A stretch of 64,000 nucleotides of DNA. Source: Lophium mytilinum. Lineage: Eukaryota. The stretch is taken from NCBI GenBank assembly GCA_010093605.1, contig MU004192.1, positions 814,882 through 878,881 on the forward strand, in the 5' to 3' direction. Positions 1 to 12,622 of this stretch are shown here, in pieces. The translations under genes were made by a program, and so were the position numbers. A model generated the notes under the pieces. That model had not been told where the DNA came from. It made no database searches and saw only the letters and a list, made by a program, of their open reading frames with translations. Numbering within the stretch: position 1 is the first letter of the stretch; the number at the start of each line of letters is the position of its first letter.

Positions 1-216
1 TTTACGTTCACCTTTCGACACCCTTTCTGCTCCAAGCTCTTTGGGAGCACGAGGCCAATCGTTTGCTTTCCCGTAGTCGAAAAGAATATCAAGATCGATC
101 ACTTGATCTTCAAGCAACATGCAGTCCACAACTTCCTTTATTGACTTGGTCCATTCATGAAAAGCCCCGCTCCCGTAGAACGCTGCCCCATAAGGCTTGT
201 GCAAACCCTGCGTGAC
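1..216 (-). CDS. Possible exon of an unidentified gene running off the left window edge
   Basis: Stop-free minus-strand frame (VTQGLHKPYGAAFYGSGAFHEWTKSIKEVVDCMLLEDQVIDLDILFDYG...) begins right after a TTAG acceptor-like site and runs to base 1. No recognisable motif. Confidence 0.3.
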
Positions 217-573
217 CTAACAAGCACCGACGAAAAAGTCTAAGCATCGTTTCAGCAACCGTTTGGCGTGCTCAACGCATTATACAAGTTCGCATGGGAT
301 ATCAGAGCCTAAAGAGTGTCAGTGAGACGATGCAACAAACCTACAATTGACTTCGTTGACGTAGGTTTAGACGATCTCAGTACACTACCGGAAATAGACA
401 GGACAGAAGCAATGGCGAAGGTGAATGAAGGATTTGGCCTCCATCCACCCACAGAGCCGGTCCATTCGAACAGAGTTGTATTATCGACATGGCTCTGCCA
501 CTCTGTGCAGCTTCAATGTCCATATTATTCACGTTAGAGAACTGGGCACGGTGAATGAAATGATTGGATGTGA

Positions 574-618
574 ACGCGTGAGGAAATTCAATTTCGCTAG
601 CGTGTCGCGTCGCGCGTG
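574..618. promoter_or_regulatory. Cluster of MCB (MluI cell-cycle box)-like elements upstream of the Cdt1-like gene
   Basis: ACGCGT at 574-579 and TCGCGTCGCGCGTG at ~605-618, about 170-210 bp upstream of the ATG at 784. MBF control of cdt1 is established in fission yeast. Confidence 0.55.
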
Positions 619-783
619 AATCCAGCCTCCTGAACTTTTTGAGCTCCTTCTCCCCTCTCTCTCCCCACCATCCATCATCACAATCACCATCTCTCCACAC
701 ACATCTCACCCCATTGCTCTATTATCCTCTCGCCCAAGTATCCTACCCTGCTATAATTACAAGGGATACATTACTATTTCGCA

Positions 784-1962
784 ATGGCCGCCCACGGCAT
801 GCTCACCCCCCCGATGGACCTCCCAGTCGAACTCAACGACCTCGTCACGCTGCACTCGTCGTTTCTCACCGCGGTCTCCCTCCACTACGCGCACAATGGC
901 AATGCGTCTCCTGTCGATCTGCGCGCCCTCGCTCCCTCGATATCCTCCGTCTGGGGCCGGCGACGCGTGACCCTCGACGACATCAAACTCTGCCTCGGGA
1001 TCCTAAGCGCTGGCGCACCTCATGAATCCCCATTCCGCCTCTCCGACTACGGCTACGGCAAGGTCTGCCTCGAATTGACCGAGCAGATCCAGAGCCGCGG
1101 GGTGATGGCACGACATATTGAGGAGGAGAAGCTGAACGCGAGCTTCATGCAGGCGCTAGAGGGGATGTGGACAACATGGGCCGAGAAGCAAATGCAGGTG
1201 CTGGAGATGCAAAAGCGCGCCCTATTCCTACAGTCTCAACCCCGGAAACGCGGTCGCCCAAGGAAGGCGGTTGCAGAACAGCTTCTCGCCAACCCCAATG
1301 TTTCGATTGAAGCGCCCACGGTCGACACGTTCATCTCACAACTACCGTTAGCCGAAGTCACTGTTTGCGAATCGTTGATCAAGACTCTGCCTCTCCGCGA
1401 AAAGGGCCGCAAGCGCCTACAAGAGATCACCGACGCAGCAGAAGACGCACGCGCGCAGAAGAAGACACGCGTCGCGATCGCGGTTCCGAGATCGCTAAAG
1501 AACCAAGGCCAAAACACGCCCGAACCCGTGGAACCGGTCCAGGCGAAAATCACATCGTTCGCGCCGGTCCGAAAGGCCAACCTCCTGGACCGTATTCTTG
1601 CGAAGCAAGCTGCGCATGCCCTTCTCCCGGATGCGCCAACTCCTGCAGAAATGGCCCGCAAAGCAGCTCTGGGCCGTGCTGAGGAAGTCCTAGGCGTGCT
1701 ATCCATGCTCGTCGCAGCGCGAGGAGGTGGACAACGATGTTCATTCACGATGGCAGCGCTGGTTCAGGCACTACAAGGAAGCGTGAGGAGTCCAATCAGC
1801 AGAGAAGAGGCGTCGAAAGTGGTGGAGGTTATCGCAGCAGAAGTCGCGCCTAGCTATGTGGCGCTGATCCGGATGGGCACGATGTGCAACGTCGTCGTCA
1901 ACCCGATGTACAGGCCTATGGATCTGAGGGGCAACCTGAGGAGCCTAGGTGTTGAGTGCTAG
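784..1962 (+). CDS. DNA replication licensing factor Cdt1-like protein (Cdt1 C-terminal domain)
   Basis: Intronless 392-aa ORF with LHSSFLTAVSLHYAHNG, WGRRRVTLDDI, LLDRILAKQ and C-terminal SVRSPISREEA...AAEVAP, typical of Pezizomycotina Cdt1-like proteins. MCB boxes lie upstream. Confidence 0.7.
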   Translation: MAAHGMLTPPMDLPVELNDLVTLHSSFLTAVSLHYAHNGNASPVDLRALAPSISSVWGRRRVTLDDIKLCLGILSAGAPHESPFRLSDYGYGKVCLELTEQIQSRGVMARHIEEEKLNASFMQALEGMWTTWAEKQMQVLEMQKRALFLQSQPRKRGRPRKAVAEQLLANPNVSIEAPTVDTFISQLPLAEVTVCESLIKTLPLREKGRKRLQEITDAAEDARAQKKTRVAIAVPRSLKNQGQNTPEPVEPVQAKITSFAPVRKANLLDRILAKQAAHALLPDAPTPAEMARKAALGRAEEVLGVLSMLVAARGGGQRCSFTMAALVQALQGSVRSPISREEASKVVEVIAAEVAPSYVALIRMGTMCNVVVNPMYRPMDLRGNLRSLGVEC

Positions 1963-3107
1963 GAGATCTTTTGTTCGAAGGAGCATATCTATGTTTTGTT
2001 GGTTCTGGTGGATGCGTCATGGGTTTTGTTGATTGGCGTATGCATAGCGAAGTATAGCAAGCGTGTTGATATACACATTGCAGTACGTTTATTCGAATTG
2101 ATCTCATCTATCATACTTCTTGTTCTGTGTCGAATAGTGTGCCCATCTACCACCTAGCCCAGTGCTACTCCGCCTTCAAGCCATCTAGAGCTCAGCATAC
2201 CTTCGTACCTCACCTTGGCAGTCCTTTCCTTCTCGTTTCCATGCTTTTGCGGCTTTAGAGTGGGACGGCCTGAAGAGACCTTAGGGCATCAAATTGGGTT
2301 CCCGACAACGCTTTAGACAGCTAATTATAACAGCAAAGACCGTCACAAACATCTAACGTCAAATCTTGACAAAGGTAATCTACCGCTAAGCCCATGGTGG
2401 CTAAGAGATTTGCTGTCTTATAGAACAGGTCAATCAAACGCATACAAATCCTGTTCTTACACTTTATTTAATGCACTATCAACGAAGTCGAGCAATATAC
2501 CCTTTTACTATGCAAAGTGTATTTCCTACTTTTGTACACGCTTTTAAATGGTGTGTCATCAATGGAGTTTAGCACAAGGGGAAGCGGTTTGAGGCTTGAA
2601 GACTTTCAAACTACGTAAAAAGGTTCTTAACACCGATACATGGCGCTATGCCTAGCGTGCCTACCATTCGATTATCACCACCTTCGACAGCGTTAGTAGC
2701 TGCGCGTTACCGCGCGGACTCGTCCGATTAGCCTCCTCTCGTTAAGACATGGTTCGGAGTCTAGCTTCTTGGTTGGCGGAAGTCATGACGTCTGATGGCC
2801 TAAAACGAATCAAGTGCACGAGTCAAAGGCGACACTTCGGGCTCGTCCCGCTAATGCCCCTCACCATTACATGCAGGTCGTCTTAAGTCCGCATGTCTAT
2901 TCTTACAAATGTAGAACTACTTGAAGGGTAAGAGAGGTGTTTGGTGCGTGGTGGTGTATATAGACCCTAAGTTTTTCCTACATGCCTCCTCTTCTCCTCC
3001 GCATCAGCACCCTTTTCTTGTCAAGCATCAAACTAGCAAGAACACATCAATCAACTCATTCTCACATTGCGCAGTATCTTCCTTTACCATTCACAATACA
3101 CCGCACC

Positions 3108-4124
3108 ATGTCTCGCTATGCTGCCGCGCATGCCTCTCCTAATGGAGCTGGTGATGCTCGTCCCACCGCCATCCAGATCCTCGAGGACGAAAACCTCATT
3201 GGCAAGCTTTCCGACAAGGTCATGCTCGTCACAGGTGTCTCCTCCGGCATTGGAATCGAAACATTGCGTGCGTTCCATACCACCGGCGCCCACGTCTTCG
3301 GCACTGTCCGTAACGTTGAGAAGGGCAAGGCTGTTGTCGACAATATCCTGGCCAGCAAAATTCCAACCGGCGGACAAATCACATTGATCGAAATGAGTCT
3401 TGACAGCCTCGAGAGCGTGAGGAAAGGAGCGAAAGACATCCTCAACAAAACCGACAAACTCAACATTCTAGTCAACAACGCCGGTGTGATGGCTTGTCCA
3501 TACGGCAAGTCCGTTGATGGCTTTGAGACGCAGTTCGCAACCAATCACCTCGGTCATTTTCTTCTCTTCAACTTGCTTAGGGATACTCTGCTCGCCTCTG
3601 CGACGCCTGATTTCCCTAGCCGTGTTGTCAGCGTGAGCAGCATCGGCCACCGCGCGGGCAACGTCCGCCTTCAGGACTACAATTTCGAAGAAGAGGGCAG
3701 TTACAGCCCCTGGGCTGGCTATGGACAGTCTAAGACCGCGAATATATGGCTCGCAAACTACATTGAACGCCATTATGGATCGCGGAATTTACACGCCACG
3801 TCTTTGCACCCAGGAGGCATCGACACTGGATTGCAAGTCCATCAACAGGAAATGGTCAACAAGATGAAAGAAAAGCCTGAAGTATTGAGGACTGTGAAGA
3901 GCTCGGAGCAAGGAGCTTCGACGAGCGTCTATGCCGCGTTAAGCGAAGAGTGGAAGGACAAGGGAGGGCGTTATCTAGCAGATTGTGAGGAGCAGCTTGA
4001 GGTGGGGAAGAAGCCAACGCAGGCGCAAGACGCCAATGATGATGGGTACAAGTCCTGGGCGTATGACAGAGATGGGGAGGAGAAGCTGTGGAAGGACTCG
4101 CTCAAGATGGTAGGGTTGGAGTAG
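3108..4124 (+). CDS. Short-chain dehydrogenase/reductase (retinol dehydrogenase/WWOX-like)
   Basis: Likely start MSRYAAAH at 3108. Motifs TGVSSGIG, NNAGVM, FATNHLGHF, catalytic YGQSK and LHPGGI. Confidence 0.92.
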   Translation: MSRYAAAHASPNGAGDARPTAIQILEDENLIGKLSDKVMLVTGVSSGIGIETLRAFHTTGAHVFGTVRNVEKGKAVVDNILASKIPTGGQITLIEMSLDSLESVRKGAKDILNKTDKLNILVNNAGVMACPYGKSVDGFETQFATNHLGHFLLFNLLRDTLLASATPDFPSRVVSVSSIGHRAGNVRLQDYNFEEEGSYSPWAGYGQSKTANIWLANYIERHYGSRNLHATSLHPGGIDTGLQVHQQEMVNKMKEKPEVLRTVKSSEQGASTSVYAALSEEWKDKGGRYLADCEEQLEVGKKPTQAQDANDDGYKSWAYDRDGEEKLWKDSLKMVGLE

Positions 4125-4807
4125 ATGTACTGTGTTCGATGTTTTGTATTTCTTGAAGAGCTTACTACAATCGAAGTTTTGTAACGTCCGCAGTCATAGA
4201 GAAGCACCAGACCTACCAGCTCTCAAAGCCCTTTTCCATCCTCGCACGTGACTCCCCTTTTCCTTCCACAGCCCCCATTCATGTCCGTGCGCTGATCTCC
4301 TTCATGGGGAACGCACGGACAGTGTAATTTATATTACATTAGTAAGCATTGTATAGCACCTCAGCGTCCTGACCTCTGGGCTCAACACGCCTAATGAAAG
4401 CACTCCCATCAGGTGTTCTTCCTAGAGAAACAGCAAAATGGGCTTGGTCAGCGTTTCGTTTGAAATATGCTAACACAGGTTCGGGAACCATGGCGAGGCC
4501 ACCGCTGATCTAATATGGTGAATTCACGCCCTTGATCGATCTCGTTAGCCGCTGAAAGGCGAGCAGCTCTCTCGCAGCGTTCTATTGCGTCAGCAGTGGG
4601 GTCAGGGCTGATCCGAAGGTCGCGGACCGCTTCTCTGGGTTGACGGCTTCTGACGGGAACAAGTTTCTTGTTGACGCGCGCTATGCCGTCGTATGGTTTC
4701 CCATTTACGCAACTAGCAGCTCCTGGACTCGAACTTCTTTCCATTACAACACCCATCCATTCTTCTTGCTAGCGACCATTATCGCTTCAATTTCCTAGGT
4801 TCTGAAG

Positions 4808-6297
4808 ATGACTTCCGGAAATGCTGAGAACGTACCACCACTAACTTTACCGCCGTCCTCTCACCAACCTCTGGAGCTTCAACTACCGCAACCATCTCAA
4901 TCACCATATTGGGAACAACCACCACTTCTACCCCCTCCGCCGCTACCACGGTCTCAATCTCCAGAAGGGGAACAGCCACCGCTCACACCCCCTCCACCAT
5001 TACCACCGTCTCAATCTGCACAATGTTCTTATCTACCACATTTAATTCCGCCGCCACCACCGCGCTCCTCACGTATCCCCAGGGGCGTACGCATACCGAA
5101 TTTGGATTATGTTGAAGATGTGTCCAAGTACCGCCGGGGTGGGCTTCACCCTGTAAATTTGGGTGGTGTACTTGGCCACAAATACAAAGTCATACATAAA
5201 CTAGGCTATGGAGGCTTCGCTACTGTTTGGCTAGCTCGAGTGCTAGGCGAACAGGGATACGTCGCCGTGAAGATCCCCCGGGCAGACTCTTCAAACAAAG
5301 AGATCACTATCTTAACGCATCTACAAAGCGTTGCAAATCACCTCGCTATTGCGAATCTCCTGGACACCTTTACCATCGCCGGTCCGAACGGTATCCACAA
5401 TTGTTTAGTATCTGAGGCGGGAGGACCGAAACTAGGAGCTATTTGCAGATTCGGCAAGCGCCTCCCCATATCTTTTGTTCGACCAGCGGCTCAACAGCTT
5501 GCGGCATGTGTGGCATGTCTTCACTCTGCAGGAATATGTCATGGCGGTTAGTACTTCATGCTCCTTTATAGAAATTCGCCGCTAATTCTTCTTTAGATCT
5601 GACAGACAATAACGTCCTCTTTGAAATTAAGGATCTCCAACAGTGGTCTGAGGCTGAGTTATATCAGCATCTGGGCGCACCGAAAGCGGCCACACTTCTG
5701 CAGTTCAATGGGGACCCTGCCCCACCCTCTGCCCCGGTCGAGGCCGTTTCTGCTATTAACTACTCCAACTTCGATACCGGACTCTTTTCCGGCAGAACTC
5801 GCATAGTAGACTTCGGGGAGGCATTTTCCACAAGCAGTCCACCAGCCGGGCTTGGAACAGCAGCATCATACTTTGCACCAGAGATGCTCTTTGGATATCC
5901 ACCTTCACTAGCGTCAGATGTATGGGCTCTTGGGTGTCTTATATTCGAGATGCATACCTCTCGCGTATTCGCTCCAGCATTCTTCGGTAGTGTCGAGGAG
6001 GCACTCGGGATGACTCATGCGGCCCTCGGAGCTTTGCCGGAAGCATGGCAAGATTCCTGGTGCGATAAGGCCAAGCCTCTTACCTCCGGGCCTGGTAAGA
6101 AACATTATTGGTTTGATGACCAGATTCAGCGAAGTCGCCCCCTCGACTCGGAAGTTCGAAAAGCAATGCCTGAGCTCTCCCTCGAGGAGCTGGACCTTCT
6201 GCTGGACCTTCTCAAAGGAACTTTAGCCTATGAGCCGAGCCATCGTTTGACCGCCGCAAAAGTAGCAAGGCATGCTTGGTTTACCCGCGAACTATGA
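4808..6297 (+). CDS. SRPK-like (CMGC) Ser/Thr protein kinase with Pro-rich N-terminus; intron 5547-5596
   Basis: GGLHPV, KLGYGGFATVW and VAVK motifs. Splicing GTTAGT...GCTAAT...TTAG joins CHG|DLTDNNVL, followed by IVDFGEAF, YFAPE and SDVWALGC. Confidence 0.88.
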
Positions 6298-7000
6298 AGA
6301 GAGCGGTTCAAGATAGTGACTAAGATAGGTAAACGCATCCAACCAGGCGTTGTATAAGGCTCTTCATACGTAGGTAATCTGAAAGGCTGACCAAGTGCTT
6401 CAGATGGCGCTATACATGTATGCACCACCCGTGGAAGTTATTTGTTAGGACGTGATTCTGTTCCTCCGCCGCGTCACCGTTTCCATGTACGGAGCCAGAG
6501 TCTCACTAACAGCCGAACTTGCATCGTGCTAGACCATTTCCGGCGTTCAGTGTACCAATCGCGTAAGAACTGGCCCCGAAGTACCCTCTCGTCAAGGTTC
6601 TTCTGCACGAGGCTGAGTTCCACTTAACTCAAGAAAGTCAGCACGCAGAAGGCTGAGAATCTCGAGGTCTTATTTGCTCTTACCCCGCCATTTCCGTCAC
6701 CTGTCATGCGTCAAATTGCTTACTCTTGCCGGAGCAACTGCACTGCTCTCTATATTTGGGAATCCCTCTACAAGTCGGGCGTTATAGCTTGCACTTCTAC
6801 GAGACGATGATGCAGTCTAGTTTAGCTCGTGGCAACTACCACGTACTTACACCTAATTTGCTTGAAAGTAGTTTTTAGCCTTGGGGTGGAAAGAATAGAT
6901 AGAGGAGGTGTCGTACCGTGGAGAAACAGCCGGTCCACCTAAAAGCATTGATTTTTTATCAGTTTCCAACTTCCAAAACCCCAGCGACGCGAAGTTTTAC

Positions 7001-8624
7001 ATGATGGGCTATGGCGGGTATTTCACTCTCATCAACGCAACTCCCTACAATTGGACTCAAATCTATTCCCATTCATATGAAATGAATACATGGGCATTCC
7101 CGTCAATCATAATCGCAGGTACGCATGTAGGCCATAAGTCTGGCCGCACCGGTATTACTGCTTAAGTGTTGCATTTGCAAACTAGACGCCATTGTTAGGG
7201 GCGGCCCCAGCGCAAGAAAACCTTCTACTTAAGAGGAAGCCTAGACTACGCTTTCTGAAACTTGACATGAAGCGAGCGTTGTGGCCACCCCATAGGGGCA
7301 CTCCTGGCAATAGCAGACGAGTGTGCACAGAGCTGTAGCCTCTCACTGTGTTCCAAACTATGCTGACCATGTCACAGGAGAATCTTTCCGCGTGTATACG
7401 GAGCTTCAAGAAGAGTTCTTTCTACCATCAGACGACGCGGCAGAAGTAAATTACACGATCGCCAGTCCAGATTCATCCGGCGAGACGGCTTTCCAAATTT
7501 CTTTCCAGAATCGGCATGACCCTACAGGCTTCGATATCACTTGGGGCGACATCCCAGTGCAAGACTACAAGCCTGGAGACAAAGCCAACCTTGGGTTCGA
7601 GCACGATTCAGAGAAGGACGTACAACTAGTAATATCCGGCGATGGAAAGGGAGTTCCGTACGCTACACAGTATCCATACCTCAACTGGATGACAGTCAGC
7701 ATGCCCACGATCGGATGTCAGCCTCTACGTCAAATCTGTATCCCAGGCTCTCACGACGCCGGCATGTCGGAATGGAACCCGCATACCTCTGGTGCAGAGC
7801 AGATAAACATTCAAACGCAACAACTCGACATCCTAGGCCAACTCAACGCAGGCGTACGCTGGTTCGACATCCGACCCGTGCTCGCTGGTGGGATCTTCCG
7901 CACTGGCCATTACTCCGCCGTCGGGCCCCAGATGCAGGGAGGTGACGGGCAGAAGATCTCCGATATCATTGAGGAAGTCAACAATTTTACTGCTCCAGAC
8001 GGCATGAACGAACTCATCGTACTCAGTCTCTCAAGTTCCATGGATACTGATACTGGTACAAAGCGTTTCCCAGCCTTCAGCAGATCACAGTATACGGCTC
8101 TACTTCAAGCCTTCCTTGGCCTCAACCACCGCTATGTCGCACCTAGTGGAACCACTGACCTCACCACTATTCCACTCTCTGACATCATTGGAAAGGCTCC
8201 CGCAATCCTAATCATAGTCAACGAGAATGGTGTCGACCTCTCCCCATTCTCCAATATGGGCATCTACCCCGCCAAAGTCTTCCCGGTCTACAACTCCTAC
8301 GCCAATGTCGATGACGTCGCAACCATGAGCGCTGACCAGCTAGGGAAAATGAAAACCAATCGCACTAGTCCTTCGGATAAGATGTTCACCCTGAGTTGGA
8401 CTTTGACCCAGCAAGGGACAGACGTGGGAGTGGTGTGGAGGTCCATCCTGGACTTGGCCGATTGGGCGTACAAGGCACTCTATCGGGAGCTGTGGGGCGG
8501 GGATCTGAGCTCTAACTCCTATCCGAATATCATCGAGGTGGATGATGTGAGGGCGGATGGTGGGGTAACGGCGTTAGCAATGGCGATTAACAGTTATTTG
8601 AGTCCGGGCTGTCCGGGTGAGTAG
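7001..8624 (+). CDS. PLC-like phosphodiesterase (PI-PLC X-domain family); intron 7119-7377
   Basis: Exon 1 MMGYGGYFTLINATPYNW; intron GTACGC...GCTGAC...ACAG. Catalytic-type motifs IPGSHDAGMS, QLNAGVRWFDIRP, GHYS, LSWTLTQ and YPNII. Confidence 0.8.
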
Positions 8625-9213
8625 GGGAAAGGGAGCCGGCGTCATGTCCTGATTTTTTTTCCTGTGCTAAGTCCCCTCCGTCCGGTACATCAACCTCTCG
8701 CTCATTCGAATCTACTTACTCCAGAGGCAAATGTTGTCTTGTGATATGCTCACAATCTTTGGATATTACTATCAAAGGCGAGTTGACGAGTTCTTGATCG
8801 GTCTGGGAGTGTGGCTCTCTTCTATAGTTGAAATAATGGAAGAGTTCCCCTTCTATAAGGATTATACACTGGACTGAGAAAGCCTGTTAGCTGCTTGTAG
8901 CTTTTCCTTGTATGCGATAGTAGCTCACCTCAGGATAGCTACAGCTCAGGCTGGGGCATGAGCGGCACCCTTGTTCCCGTTTTTGACACCCCGAGTGGTA
9001 CATGAGCTTCCGTCAGAACAAGTGGATTTAAGGGGCCAAATTATGCCTCTTCGGGGTATTTACGGCCAACCTGCTGCGGGGTTGGAACGATCCGGTGAAA
9101 AGTAAGAACAACATCATCACCAACCTTCCAACCACTAGCCCAATTCTCGATTCTTATCTGATCTAGAGGCCAATAACCGCTCGTCCAGAACTGTTCAGTC
9201 TAGAATAAATGCC

Positions 9214-11330
9214 ATGGCAGAGCGAACGACTTCTTCTAGCAAAACCTCAGCAATTTGCCCTGTCTGCAACTTACTTCCTCTCCACAAATTAAACACAGAA
9301 AATCCGGACCTTTACATTTTTCCCGTTTCACTAGTCCTTGAAGAGATGGACTTCAAATCTGTCGAGCAATCTGCTTCTGAGTGCGACCTCTGTCGACTAC
9401 TCGTCGCGGTACGAACCCACTGGCTCTCAGAAGAGCGCGATCGTTTCCTGGCATACGATGGGACGCTCTACTGGACCCCATGTGGGAGGAGTCAGACAAG
9501 GTTCCGATACACAGATCATAGCTACCTTGGGCTATGTGTCGACTTCGGTGGGTTGCATATCATACGTAGCCAATTGGATTATCGTTGATTCGGCTTGATG
9601 CATCAGACAGCATTCTAGCTAAGTGCATCGAACCCCGACATACCGATACGGATCCTTCATCTGACCGGTCGAGTCGGTTGATAAAGTATTGGATGTCCAA
9701 CTGCGAAAGGAAGCATAGTACTTGCTCCAGGGTAGATGCCCTTCTTCCTACTCGTGTCATCGACGTCGGAGACGCAACGTCGAAAACTTGAGGCTGGTCG
9801 AAACCGAGGAAATGGGAGACAAGGCAGGCAAATATGCTGCCTTGAGCCATTGTCGGGGTACATGTAGGGCGTTCCTAACTCGAAAAGCAGATCTCGGCGA
9901 CAGGAAACGGGGCTTTACAATGACCGACTTGCCTGCAACTTTTCGCGATGCCGTGCGAGTTGCAAGAAGCCTGGATATACCGTACCTATGGATCGATTCT
10001 TTGTAAGTAACAATATCAAATTAAGAGATTCCACTGCTCAATCCTCCACAGGTGCATCTTGCAGGGCGACCTGGATGACTGGGAGATTGAATCAGCTAAA
10101 ATGGCCGGAGTTTACGAAAACGCAACCTTGGTTGTTGCTGCTGTTAACGCAGCGGATGATGGAGAAGGATTTCTCAAGGAACGCAAAAGGCACTATCCTC
10201 CGGTTAATATCAAATCGACTTCAGGACATATGGCTCGAGTATTCATTCAGCCAGCTTTTATAGCAGATACGTCGTACCCTCCTCTTCACAATAGGGCATG
10301 GACACTACAGGAGAGCTACCTCGGAACCCGTAAAGTACTCTTTAACTCCTTAGATCTCCAATGGCAGTGCAGGCAGGCTATGTGGTTTGAACTAGGAAAA
10401 GAAAACCGGCAAATAGGGAACTCGTTGCAAGACGTGCTACCAAAACGTCTTGAAAATGGCGGCATATCGTACCAAGGATGGTACTTTACGGTCCAAAGTT
10501 ACACAACTCGGGCTATTACATACGAGTCAGACAAACTTCCTGCTCTCTCCGCCCTTGCTCAACGCGTGGCTCAGCATTCTAAGGACACTTATCTCGCAGG
10601 CATCTGGGAACGCGACATCGCCAAAGGCTTGCTGTGGTACCGAGTAGTTCGCCGAGTATTCAGGCAAAATGAAAGTTCTGCTCCCTTCTCGAATACTGGA
10701 AGGCAACCTCAGAGAACAGTTTACCTTGCGCCGACTTGGTCGTGGACCTCGTTCCCGGGGGCGATCCACTTCGTTTTCGCAGATCCTTCGACAGCTGACG
10801 TAGAAGTCCTTCCGGGTCTTGACTTCCTAGGTAGCCAGGTCGAAGTACCCGGAAAGAATCCCTTCGGTGCGGTAGGGCCATGTAGCATTACTCTGAGAGC
10901 GCCCTTGTTGTCGCTTGAACACAACGTTGACTGGGGGGATATCATAACGAGCGGTGAATTAGCTGCGAACAGAGCTGCGAACAGAACTTGGTTCCATGAT
11001 TTGCTGTTTTGCCCAGAACTCGAAGACGTCGATATCGACATGGCATCTTCGTTCGACTATCCAGAAGAATCGATGGGACAGCTTCGTGCACTTCCATTGA
11101 TATTTTCTTGTTGTGAAGATGGTCATTTCTACGAGGCGGAGAACTATGATTTGAAGGAGATTGAAGCCCCTAAAGTATGGCACAAGGTGCACGGCATTAT
11201 TTTATCTACCCAAGACGGCCAGCCGACTTCTTATGAGAGGGTGGGGTGTTTCGACCTTTGGCCGATCGAAATATCGGAGTTCAATAGGATATTGGAAGGC
11301 ATTGGTAGCCATGTAGTAAGACTTGTCTAG
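9214..11330 (+). pseudogene. HET (heterokaryon incompatibility)-domain gene with two apparent frameshifts; intron 10003-10051
   Basis: Motifs LPTRVIDV, YAALSHC(R)G, LPATFRDAV, YLWIDSL|CILQ, MAGVYENA, LHNRAWTLQE and APTWSW are spread over three frames. Frame breaks near 9585 and 9785 have no splice signals. Confidence 0.75.
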
Positions 11331-11541
11331 TCCTCTGAATCAATACTAGAATAGGCGCGCCGTGTAACTAGAATATAGAAGTGGTTCAATAACATCTCGT
11401 TCCGACTCGCTTAAAACTACTCGCTTTTGCTCTACGAAGTACTTCCATGTTTCGCGACGTCACACCTCACACAACGACAAGATGTAGACCCAAAGCTCCA
11501 TCACACGCCCAACCCCATAACCCACTCATCTCATCCTCATC

Positions 11542-12535
11542 ATGGCCTCATCTCGACTTCGAGAGCAAGACCTCACCGGCAAAGTCGCCGTTATAACCGG
11601 CGCCTCCCGCGGCATCGGCCGCGCCACCGCCGTGAACTTAGCATCGAGAGGCTGCTCTATCATAGGCACTTGCTCCAGCCCACAAACAATCCACTTCATC
11701 GACGTGCTCGAGAACGAGATAGCATCATGGTACAAAGCCGCCAACCAATCGCAGAGCTCCAAGATCAAAGGCATTGCCGCAGACATCTTCTCGCCCACGT
11801 GCGCGCAGACCATCGCTGATGCCTTGATCCGGCATTTCGATGGTCACGTGGATATCTTTGTTAACAATGCTTCGGATTCTGGTACCGGGATGTTGGGAGA
11901 GCTGAAGGCAGAGGAGATCCAGAAAAGCTTAGTGGGGAATGTGCAGACGCCGGTGTTGATAGTGGATGAGTTGGTTAAGAGGAAGATGTTTCGGCCTGAC
12001 AGCCGCATCATCTATGTTTCGTCGATTAGGACGAGGCAGCCATGGGCAGGTCAGTTGATGTATGCGGCTGGGAAGAGCGCGGGCGAATCGTTATGCAGGA
12101 CGTGGAGTCAGGCGTTTGGGGGAAGGGATGAGAAGGTTGGTTATCGGTCCCATTGCCGAAAGCAACGTTGGAGATTTGTTCATGATGCTAACATACTTTC
12201 AGTTTGCCTTCATGGCTGGAACGACAGCGAATGCAGTGACGGTCGGCTTGACGCAGACGGGCTCGGTGATGAATTGCCCACCTGATGTTTTGGAGGGCTT
12301 CAAGCAGGAATTCATGCCCCTGCAGAGTATCCCGAAGCTTGGACAGCCTGAGGATATTTCCGTGAGTCTCTCGTTAGCAGTTGAATTCAGTCGAAATGGT
12401 TCAATGTCGGCTCAAGAATTCAGACTAACAGAGTTCATCATTTAGGATGTGATAGGGATGCTATGTAGTCGTGATGCCCGATGGATTACAGGCTCGGTCA
12501 TTAGTGCCAGCGGAGGTGGAATCAAAATCGTTTGA
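11542..12535 (+). CDS. Classical short-chain dehydrogenase/reductase (FabG-like); introns 12136-12202 and 12362-12445
   Basis: TGASRGIG, NNA and YAAGK motifs. Spliced C-terminus LGQPEDIS|DVIGMLCSRDARWITGSVISASGGGIKIV*. Confidence 0.88.
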
Positions 12536-12622
12536 GGCGTTGATCATCTTCTATGAACATACCGGGTGGACATTCGAAGGGCCCCGGAGCAAACAACTGA
12601 GATGAGCCCGAACCTAGTGTGT

